DNA of 64,000 nt from Candidatus Brockarchaeota archaeon. GTDB lineage: Archaea > Thermoproteota > EX4484-205 > JAAOZP01. The position numbers were made by a program, and so were the translations under genes. The stretch spans positions 16,542 to 80,541 of the forward strand of contig JAFNIQ010000001.1 of NCBI GenBank assembly GCA_017601395.1, in the 5' to 3' direction. A model generated the notes under the pieces. The model ran no database searches, had not been told where the DNA came from, and saw nothing but the letters and a program-made list of their open reading frames with translations. This document shows positions 1-7,638 of the stretch, one piece after another (position 1 is the first letter of the stretch; every line of letters starts with the position of its first letter).

Positions 1-195
1 GTATACCTTAGGCTTAGGTATATGACTCTTGCTGTTGACCGCCCGAGGATAGCGCACGAAATAAACAGGAGGATATTCGAAGAGTTCCAGGAGAACGAGA
101 AGGTGGACTTCGCGATCCCATTCATATACTCCTACAAGAAGGGTGAGAAGGCCTTTAGAACTCTTGGAGACTCTGAGGCCCCGTCTTAAAGCTTT
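1..195 (+). CDS. 3' end of a CDS that starts upstream of the window; the C-terminal fragment may be the soluble C-terminus of a mechanosensitive-channel (MscS-like) protein
   Basis: Frame 1 is open from position 1 to a TAA at 193-195 (…VDFAIPFIYSYKKGEKAFRTLGDSEAPS*). The family guess comes from weak similarity to MscS C-terminal regions. Confidence 0.3.
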
Positions 196-216
196 TAACT
201 CGGAAACCAGAAAAAT

Positions 217-945
217 ATGCGTGAGACCTTGAATTACAGGGAGTTCATCAGAAAGGGTTTACACTTAGTTCTTTCACTGATACTGCTTTTACCGTTGGTA
301 CTAAGCCATTTCGAAATAACTTTTAACGCTTCGGTTTTCTACTCGGTCTTAAGCATAGTGGCCCTGACTCTGAATGCAATCCAGATTAAACGGCCTCTCT
401 TAAGGAGTGAGGTTAAGAGCTTCATGAGGGAGAGAAGGGAGAAATTCTTCAACGATATCAGAAACTATATCCCTTTGAAAAGCAGGGTTACCAGTCAGGT
501 TGTAGACAGGATTGAGGAGAAGATCCGCGGGGTAGAGGACCTTATAGACCACCAGTTGACGACTCTTGAGAGAGACTATGAGAAGAGAGGCGGATACATA
601 GGTTTAACCTACGGGATCCTCGGCGTAACCCTATCCTACTTCCTATTTGAAAAGTACGCGTTCTACGGGGTTATTTCCTTAGCGACTACCGATGCTGTAG
701 CGACAATGGTAGGTGAGCTGAGGGGTGCTCACAGGCTTCCTTTAACAAGTAAGACTTTTGAGGGAAGTGTTTCAGGCTTCGCAACCTTTTTCACTGTTTT
801 AATTTTAACGGGTGTTTCCCCACTCGCCTCGCTTATTCTCTCAACCGTGGCTGCAGTGGTTGAGGCTTACACGGTGGAGGATAATCTGCTCCTGCCGATA
901 GCTGTGTCCTTCCTGTCAACATTCATCGTCAAAGGGTTTCCTTGA
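217..945 (+). CDS. Polytopic membrane protein of the CTP-dependent lipid kinase/cytidylyltransferase superfamily (CdsA / dolichol-kinase-like)
   Basis: Several predicted TM helices. The C-terminal motif TTDAVATMVGELRG…KTFEGSVSGFATFF resembles the K-T/S-x-E-G signature of the CdsA/DUF92/dolichol kinase family. Confidence 0.5.
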   Translation: MRETLNYREFIRKGLHLVLSLILLLPLVLSHFEITFNASVFYSVLSIVALTLNAIQIKRPLLRSEVKSFMRERREKFFNDIRNYIPLKSRVTSQVVDRIEEKIRGVEDLIDHQLTTLERDYEKRGGYIGLTYGILGVTLSYFLFEKYAFYGVISLATTDAVATMVGELRGAHRLPLTSKTFEGSVSGFATFFTVLILTGVSPLASLILSTVAAVVEAYTVEDNLLLPIAVSFLSTFIVKGFP

Positions 946-1699
946 ACCATTCTGTCGTAACCTGTATAACCCTGTCTTCCCAGTCTCTCCGGCTGAAAGT
1001 ATGGTCTGCCCCCTCTATTATTACGAGCTTCTTAGGCTCCCCCGCCTTATCGTAGAGCATATGCGCGTGTGTAACTGGGACAACAGCGTCTTCTGAGCCA
1101 TGTATAATAAGCAGGGGCCTTGGTGAAATCTTTGAACAACTATCCAATATGTCGTGTTTCAAAACGTCTGTGAAGAAATCTCTACCAACCCTGTAGCCAC
1201 TGGGCAGGTCGACGTAACCCTTTTCTAAAATGCTTTTCAAATCCATTCCGAAAGCCTTCTCACCGTCCGAGATGAGCCTGAATTCAGCGGGGGAGGACCA
1301 TGTGCACACGGCCTTCACACTCTGGTTTCGTACAGCAGTTAAGATGGAGACTGCTCCGCCTAAGCTTAACCCTAAAACGCCAATTTTATCGCGAGCAACC
1401 TCGCTCCTTTCAAGCAGGAAGCTTAAGACACCGTTCAGATCACTGATTTCTGAGGAGACAGTCATTTTTTCAAACTCGCCCTCGCTCTCGCCGGACCCTC
1501 TGAAGTCGAACCTAACTGCAGCGATTCCTTCTCTACTCATTTTCCTAGCGGCACGTACAAATAGCCTATGTGCCTCAATCCTGTTTCCCGTGAAACCATG
1601 GCAGAAGACGACTGTCGGCGCGGGTGTTACGTTGGGAACATGCATAACGCCATGTATTCTCCCCCCCATAACGTTTACAAAGATCGGTATCTCCTCCAT
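929..1699 (-). CDS. Alpha/beta-fold hydrolase (dienelactone hydrolase / prolyl-oligopeptidase-like esterase)
   Basis: HGFTG oxyanion-type motif, a nucleophile elbow GLSLGG, a C-terminal His (GADH), and a length of about 256 aa. Confidence 0.75.
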   Translation of the reverse strand: MEEIPIFVNVMGGRIHGVMHVPNVTPAPTVVFCHGFTGNRIEAHRLFVRAARKMSREGIAAVRFDFRGSGESEGEFEKMTVSSEISDLNGVLSFLLERSEVARDKIGVLGLSLGGAVSILTAVRNQSVKAVCTWSSPAEFRLISDGEKAFGMDLKSILEKGYVDLPSGYRVGRDFFTDVLKHDILDSCSKISPRPLLIIHGSEDAVVPVTHAHMLYDKAGEPKKLVIIEGADHTFSRRDWEDRVIQVTTEWFKETL

Positions 1700-1775
1700 T
1701 TCTGTGGAATCAGGCTATAAACACTATTTATAAATATGAGTATTAAGCACGCTGGAAACCCTAGCCTTAGAGGGT

Positions 1776-2720
1776 TTACTCAAACTCTATTGTTGCAGGA
1801 GGTTTGTCAGAAATATCGTAAAGCACCCTGGAGACTTCAGGGATATTCCTAATTATCATGTCCCTTACCCCATCAAGCTTGGTCCAGTCTAGCCTAACGT
1901 ATTTTGCAGTAATAGCGTCTTCAGACTCAACTATTCTCAGGGCAATCATGTATCCATATTTCCTGGTCGAATCCCTGTCTAACCCTGTAGCCCTGCCCTC
2001 GAGAAGAACAGGGAAAGCCTGGAAACACTCTACGTCTTCAAGCTCATCGTCAACTATGGCCGTTGCCTTCTTTATTATTGAAAGCTTCTCCTCAGTGACC
2101 TCGCCGAGTATTCTGATTGCCAGCCCCGGCCCAGGGAACGGTCTTCGATTAACTATCTCGTCGGGAAGCCCGAGTTCTCTCGCAACCATTCTAACCTGGT
2201 TCTTGTAAAGCTCTTTCAACGGTTCAACTATTTTAAACCCGTATTTCTCAAGCGGATTTATGCCTATCTGCTCCAGCACGTTATGCTGGGTTTTCACTCC
2301 TCCAGCGGTCTCAACTATGTCCGCTGCTATCGTTCCCTGCAGAATAATCTTTGCACCCGCCTGTCCAGCGATCCTTGAAAAAGTCTTGTAGAAGGTGTCT
2401 CTGAAGGCCTTCCTCTTATCCTCAGCATCCCTAATGCCTTTTAAAGCCGTTAAAAATTCTCTTTGAACATTATGCACATCCACGTTGATTCCAAGGTTTC
2501 TGAAAACCCTGCTAATCTTCTCAGCCTCCCCTATCCGCATGAAGCCATCTTCGAGAAAAACCGCCCTCAGGTTTTTGCCAACCGCCTTGAACCCTAATAC
2601 GGCTGTTACGGAGCTGTCGACTCCGCCGGATAGGGCGACAATAGCCATTTCTCCACCGATCTCTCTTCTTAAAAAACCTATTTTTTCATCGATGAATTCT
2701 CGCGGGTTGAACTGCATCAT
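1776..2720 (-). CDS. guaA: GMP synthase (glutamine-hydrolysing) subunit B (ATP pyrophosphatase subunit), split archaeal form
   Basis: PP-loop SGGVDSS near the N-terminus. The 314-aa length matches the separately encoded GuaA-B subunit typical of archaea. No GATase domain is attached. Confidence 0.85.
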   Translation of the reverse strand: MMQFNPREFIDEKIGFLRREIGGEMAIVALSGGVDSSVTAVLGFKAVGKNLRAVFLEDGFMRIGEAEKISRVFRNLGINVDVHNVQREFLTALKGIRDAEDKRKAFRDTFYKTFSRIAGQAGAKIILQGTIAADIVETAGGVKTQHNVLEQIGINPLEKYGFKIVEPLKELYKNQVRMVARELGLPDEIVNRRPFPGPGLAIRILGEVTEEKLSIIKKATAIVDDELEDVECFQAFPVLLEGRATGLDRDSTRKYGYMIALRIVESEDAITAKYVRLDWTKLDGVRDMIIRNIPEVSRVLYDISDKPPATIEFE

Positions 2721-2811
2721 GCTGTCCTCCTTCCCGACACGGGCTTAATTTAAGTTTTCCCGTGGTTCTGTTTCTGAAAATATTCAGCACATCATTTTCA
2801 ATCAACCGCTT

Positions 2812-3819
2812 TTACGCTTTTATCCTTTTGTTGAAAACCTTTGCGAAGCCTATCTTCATAAGAGCCGGTAGCCCTATTAGATCAGTCGCTGTATAGAAGA
2901 ACCGGTAGAGAAGCGATACGGACACGCCGTGCGAGAGAGGAGTGCCGAACAACTGTAGCAATGCTGCTAAAACGCCTTCCTGCACACCTAGGCCAGCTAG
3001 GGTTAAAGGTAGGTAGGTGAAGCTTGAAACAAGCGAGTATATGAAGATGAATAAACCAGGGTTCAACTCAACGCCGACGGAGAGGGAGAGAAAGTAGAGG
3101 GCCATCGAGTCCAGGATGGATGTTGACAACATTGATAAGACAACCGGCCCCAGGGCCCTCTTTGCTTTAATACTCTCCCTCTGGAATTTTTCAATTCTCT
3201 CCAAGTAAGGGTTTAGAACTCTACTTACAATTCTGAACGAGCTTAGCCTTAACGCGAGCTTCCTAGGCTTATCGGACCAGAGGAGTGCTGCGAAGCATAA
3301 GGCACTGGTTGCCAGAATAACGGCACTTAAAACAACAATCAACCTGACTCCTGAAATTGATTCAATAGGGCCTATTAAATATGCTACTGAAACTATTGTC
3401 AGTAAAGCCCTTATGAGGAAGTCAATCATTCCAGATAGGACTGTCGCCACCAAGCATGCTTCAAAAGGTGTTTCGCCGAGCGCCTCCATTACGAATGGGG
3501 TTATGAAGTATCCTGCACGTCCAGGTGTAAGGTCACTCGCCAACTGGCCTGCAAAATTTGCTTGGATACAGCTTGACAGACTTGCTTTGTATTTTAGTGA
3601 TGAAAGGATGAAGAAGAAGGATAACGCGATCATCGTTGAAGCCGCTATTATCAGGGAAGAGCCGATTATGACGTATTTGGTATCGGCTTTAAGCAGGGCT
3701 TTAAAAGTCTCTTCAAAATTTGCCTGCTGAAGCAGGATTATCAGGATGAGTAGGCCTAGTGCTAACTGGCAGATTACTAAAACCCCCTTCTTGGCGCCTT
3801 CCTCATATCTCATGCTCAT
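2812..3819 (-). CDS. Flippase-like polytopic membrane protein (UPF0104 / lysyl-phosphatidylglycerol-synthase TM-region family)
   Basis: About 8 TM helices. The LTLAGLGVQEGVLAALLQLFG segment is typical of the UPF0104 family. Confidence 0.5.
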   Translation of the reverse strand: MSMRYEEGAKKGVLVICQLALGLLILIILLQQANFEETFKALLKADTKYVIIGSSLIIAASTMIALSFFFILSSLKYKASLSSCIQANFAGQLASDLTPGRAGYFITPFVMEALGETPFEACLVATVLSGMIDFLIRALLTIVSVAYLIGPIESISGVRLIVVLSAVILATSALCFAALLWSDKPRKLALRLSSFRIVSRVLNPYLERIEKFQRESIKAKRALGPVVLSMLSTSILDSMALYFLSLSVGVELNPGLFIFIYSLVSSFTYLPLTLAGLGVQEGVLAALLQLFGTPLSHGVSVSLLYRFFYTATDLIGLPALMKIGFAKVFNKRIKA

Positions 3820-3975
3820 GTCACCTGGAGGATGCGAGGATTATTAATGGTTGCTGGCTGACACTGGGCAAGATCACTGCTGCGTGTATCGAGTTAAGAG
3901 TCTTAATCACTCCAGACACCGGTTTTCCCTGTTCGCTCAACTGCCTCCAGTAAAGGTTCCCGTTATAGTTTAGAT

Positions 3976-4767
3976 TCAACTCTGCTGGGAAAGATCTTTC
4001 TCAGCTAAGCTGTTCAATATTATCTTCCTCTCGGTCTCAAGCTCATCCAGCATTTTTCGAAGCCTCGCGCTCAGCCTATCATATGCTTCTCCAGATATTA
4101 TGTTATCCTTCTTCTCATCCTCCAAAACAATTAGAAAGGCCCTGATTCTCGTCATCTCCTCTTCTACAACGTTTAGACTGGTTGACAGGTCTGGTGCTGT
4201 TGGCTCGGATACTTGAGAAGGCTCAGCCGAAGAAATTTGAGCCTCCTCTTTTGTGCCTGATAATGGTTTAAAGAGATCTATAGGTGGGCCGGATGTTTCC
4301 ACAACCTCCTCAACAGGCGGCTGGGTTACTGCTGAAACAACCTTTCTCCTAGCGTTAGGCCTAAGCTTGCCTATTATGATTGCAGCCGCGGAGGCTGCCC
4401 AGACGACGAAATAACCTGCTCCGTAGCTTGGAACGTTAAAGCCCAATACAGGGTTGAAGACGGTTACTGTGGTTACGAGTACCATTCCAAGAATACCTAT
4501 GACACCGGAGCGCAATGGATAGAGCCCTAGGGCTCCGGCAGCAGTCAGGATTATGAATGATGCTAGAATTATGATCTCATAGATTAAAAGGTTCATGGGC
4601 TGTTGTATGCCGCTTGCAACGTTTTCAATAAATTGTACCACCATGCTGAATAAGGTTGCTTGCCCAGGCTGGCCGGAGGGAAGTAGAAAGGAGCCGAAAG
4701 GCAGTAGGAATGTTGCTAGAATCATCACCAAGCCCAGTGTTATCCCGGCAATCCTGTCCATATCCAT
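3976..4767 (-). CDS. Hypothetical membrane protein (N-terminal TM helices plus an acidic, coiled-coil C-terminal tail)
   Basis: ORF with 4-5 hydrophobic helices followed by a Pro/Glu/Ser-rich linker and a heptad-like segment (…RLSARLRKMLDELETERKIILNSL…). Confidence 0.5.
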   Translation of the reverse strand: MDMDRIAGITLGLVMILATFLLPFGSFLLPSGQPGQATLFSMVVQFIENVASGIQQPMNLLIYEIIILASFIILTAAGALGLYPLRSGVIGILGMVLVTTVTVFNPVLGFNVPSYGAGYFVVWAASAAAIIIGKLRPNARRKVVSAVTQPPVEEVVETSGPPIDLFKPLSGTKEEAQISSAEPSQVSEPTAPDLSTSLNVVEEEMTRIRAFLIVLEDEKKDNIISGEAYDRLSARLRKMLDELETERKIILNSLAEKDLSQQS

Positions 4768-4878
4768 CTTTACATTATTTTAATCTTGTTGAAAACATAT
4801 ATTAAGCTTCCTTTTCAGCATTCCCTGGGGTTAAAGCTGGAGAATGCTGATTCCCGCCTTACGTGCTGTTTTTTCCTG

Positions 4879-7479
4879 CTACGCTGGAGGAGGTGGAGGC
4901 GGCGGAGGGAGTGGTTGGGCGTAGGAAGGCTTCCTTCTTCTCAGCAGGAGTATGGCAATGATGACAACAATTAGAGCTAAGACAGCTGCGTATAGCCAAA
5001 TAGGTATGCCGACGGTGTATTTTGACACGGGTGTTCTGGCCTCATTGCCCACGTTATCAACCGCCTCAACATAGTACTGGACCTCTTTGAAGAACATTTG
5101 AGAAGGTATGGAGCCCCTGTAAACCCCTTCTTCAAGAACCATCGCGACCTTTGTCCAGGAGGAGCCTCCGTCTGTTGAGTAGTAAAGGCCGGCCTCCTTG
5201 ACTCCTGAAACCGCGTCTGAAACCTGGCATATTATTGTTGTTTGTTCTCCGAAGACAGGGTTTGAGGGCGCTGACAAGCCTGTGATCATGGGCGGAGAAT
5301 TGTCCACCTTAAGCGTGAAAGAGCCGCTCCAAGACGCCGCATTATCCATGTTGTCAACTGCCTCAACACTCCAATTGTGGCTTCCCTCGGAAAGGGTTAT
5401 TGTCTTAGAATACTCGCTGCCGCCAGCCATGGTTCCCTGCGGAATCCCGTCGACAGTGAGCCTAACCTCCTTAACCCCTGAGCCGGCATCCTCAACCCTG
5501 ACTGTGAACTTTACGGACGTTGAGCCCATGACTATGCTTCCGGTGGGTGAAACGCCACTTATGGCGGGAGGAGTGCTATCAAGGATTACGGATACTGTTT
5601 TCTCAGCCTCATTGTTATCGGCCCTGTCTATACTGTAGTATCCTATCGTATGGGGACCGTCTGAAAGGGCTGAGAGAGTAAAGCCTGATGTATAGATATT
5701 CCAAGAGCCGCCATCAATCCTATACTTAGTCTGTTTAACCCCGCTCGCATCGTCTGTCGCTGAAAGCTCGAACAACGTTGAGCCTGAAACAAAGATTGTT
5801 GCACCACTCGAATGCTTGGGATCATAGCTTATGGTTGTTACTGGAGGATTTGTATCAGGGATGACTGTGACTGTTGCTGTGCTGAGGGTTAGGCCTGTGG
5901 CTGAGGCTGTTAAGATCCATGTCCCTCCTTTCACATCGTAATAGTCAACCTTAACCATGCTTGAGCCCGCTAGAATTGTTATGCTCGTTATCCTGGTTGT
6001 GGTTCCGAATTTTCTGAACTCTCCCTCAGGCGATGTTGTTGAAAGGCTTACGATTATGGGTGTGGCGGTGGTGGTTTCATAGCCGTTAGCATCCCTGATA
6101 GAGATGTTGAGGTATGAGTATGTTACTCCAGCAGCCATGGTGAAGCTTGAAGGCGTTAAAGCAAGCTTCTCTGGAGGACCCGCCTTAACGTTGAAGGGGT
6201 TGCTCTCACCAGTCTTACCCGCGCCGCTAGTAGAAATCTTAACACTGTCCCCTATCCTGCTTATAGTCACCATGCCGGTCCACTTCCCGTTTACGAACGC
6301 ACCTGTTAACCTGGGCTCTATGGTTCCAGTGGTGTCTGAAAGGGTGTTTGTCCCAGTGTAGTCGGTCTTAACATTGCCATAGGCATCATAGGCAGTAATG
6401 GTTATTGAGAATGGCACTGCAACCTGCTTCGGCGAAGTTATGGTGTCGAATGCGAAACGGTCAAGCGGCCCCGGCTTAACGGTCAACTGTTTAGTATCGT
6501 CTCCGTAATTAGGCACGAAAATTATGAAGCCGCCGCTCCAAGTAAAATACATGTAATCGTCTGTCCAAACATGAATATCCCATGTCCCAGCCTTATCATC
6601 ATAATACCAGAACTCTTTAGAGTTTCCATCGGATTCAGATATTGTCAGCTCCGTTATCGCTGACCCGCCTTGGGTTAGAGAGAACTTCTTGTTGGCTGAG
6701 GTTGAGGTTGAGCTAAGCTTAACCTTTAAATCTCCACGGGTCACGGGCTCACCGTTATAGGTTTTCCGGGCGACGGTCAACTTAACCCATTTACCAGCTT
6801 CAAGCGTGGTGCTTGCAAGACTAAGCTCCAAGTGAGGAGGATAATACTTAACCTCAAGGTAGGGACGCAGGCTTGAATCATCGTGTTCCTTAGAATACAT
6901 ATACCAATAAATTTGAGTAGCGGCCGATTCAGTGCTGTCCTTAAGCCTCCAACCGAAGTTTGGCATCGCGCCAGCAATATCCTTCGACGCAAACTTTTCA
7001 ACTGAACTCTTCACATCAACACTAAGCCAAACGTTTGAAGTGGTGCCGACTGTTATGGATGATACTGAAACCATGGCTGGAGGCTGATTGTTCCACGTGA
7101 TTGTTCCCTCGTCCCAACCATCTGCATTAACAAGATGACACGCCAACGTTCTGCTTGAAGAAGGAGCTTTATACATGAATAGCTTGAGGCTGGCTGAAAC
7201 GATTACTGAGCCCGGAGGAATCGTGTTCAGATCAAACTTTATGAAGGAGCGCCAAACTTGAGAATCGCTGGAACCAGCGCTAACCCCTATATGTGTAAGA
7301 GCACCGTAATTGTTACTGCTAAAGGATCCTCCTGCAACTAACGCGTCCCCTACAGGGGAGAAGCGTCTGGTTAGCAGAGGAACCTCGTCACCTGCTACTC
7401 TCGTAACGATGCATGGTGTTTCCGAGCATACGATTATTATGATTATTAAAAGGCCTAATATTAGACTTGACTTATTCAA
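4879..7479 (-). CDS. Large cell-surface protein: signal peptide, DNRLRE-like N-terminal domain, multiple Ig-like domains including three tandem ~95-aa repeats, a C-terminal TM anchor and a poly-Pro tail
   Basis: N-terminal hydrophobic signal. Residues ~75-130 read WRSFIKFDLNTIPPGSVIVSASLKLFMY…TWNNQP (DNRLRE-domain-like). Three repeats carry D-x-SGVK and (S/T)xDGGSW motifs. The C-terminus reads IWLYAAVLALIVVIIAILLL-RRRK followed by PLPPPPPPPPA. Confidence 0.7.
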   Translation of the reverse strand: MNKSSLILGLLIIIIIVCSETPCIVTRVAGDEVPLLTRRFSPVGDALVAGGSFSSNNYGALTHIGVSAGSSDSQVWRSFIKFDLNTIPPGSVIVSASLKLFMYKAPSSSRTLACHLVNADGWDEGTITWNNQPPAMVSVSSITVGTTSNVWLSVDVKSSVEKFASKDIAGAMPNFGWRLKDSTESAATQIYWYMYSKEHDDSSLRPYLEVKYYPPHLELSLASTTLEAGKWVKLTVARKTYNGEPVTRGDLKVKLSSTSTSANKKFSLTQGGSAITELTISESDGNSKEFWYYDDKAGTWDIHVWTDDYMYFTWSGGFIIFVPNYGDDTKQLTVKPGPLDRFAFDTITSPKQVAVPFSITITAYDAYGNVKTDYTGTNTLSDTTGTIEPRLTGAFVNGKWTGMVTISRIGDSVKISTSGAGKTGESNPFNVKAGPPEKLALTPSSFTMAAGVTYSYLNISIRDANGYETTTATPIIVSLSTTSPEGEFRKFGTTTRITSITILAGSSMVKVDYYDVKGGTWILTASATGLTLSTATVTVIPDTNPPVTTISYDPKHSSGATIFVSGSTLFELSATDDASGVKQTKYRIDGGSWNIYTSGFTLSALSDGPHTIGYYSIDRADNNEAEKTVSVILDSTPPAISGVSPTGSIVMGSTSVKFTVRVEDAGSGVKEVRLTVDGIPQGTMAGGSEYSKTITLSEGSHNWSVEAVDNMDNAASWSGSFTLKVDNSPPMITGLSAPSNPVFGEQTTIICQVSDAVSGVKEAGLYYSTDGGSSWTKVAMVLEEGVYRGSIPSQMFFKEVQYYVEAVDNVGNEARTPVSKYTVGIPIWLYAAVLALIVVIIAILLLRRRKPSYAQPLPPPPPPPPA

Positions 7480-7638
7480 CTCTTTTCATCTTAAAGGCGG
7501 CTTCCTAGGATATAAACGTTTCCATGTTAAAGCGAATATCTTGGCTCATCCTTTTTCTTCCAAACATCTTTTTCACTACTTCTTAAGAAGTCGTATAATA
7601 ATTAAGCGACTGTGCTTTAAAAAGTTAAATAACTCCTT

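Noticed and set aside
1230-1733. 167-aa plus-strand ORF entirely inside the minus-strand alpha/beta hydrolase gene. Many similar antisense ORFs appear in the track, for example 1858..2208, 5198..5638, 8758..9049, 12710..13126, 26404..26736, 37664..38089 and 55050..55598.
   Set aside because: These are low-complexity, Ser/Pro/Leu-rich translations typical of the antisense frames of GC-moderate coding DNA. They overlap genes that have strong family signatures and have no independent motif support.
4880-4925. Repetitive ggaggaggtggaggcggcggaggg tract
   Set aside because: It is simply the minus-strand coding sequence of the C-terminal poly-proline tail (PPPPPPPPP) of the surface protein. It is not a CRISPR repeat, a microsatellite or a regulatory element.
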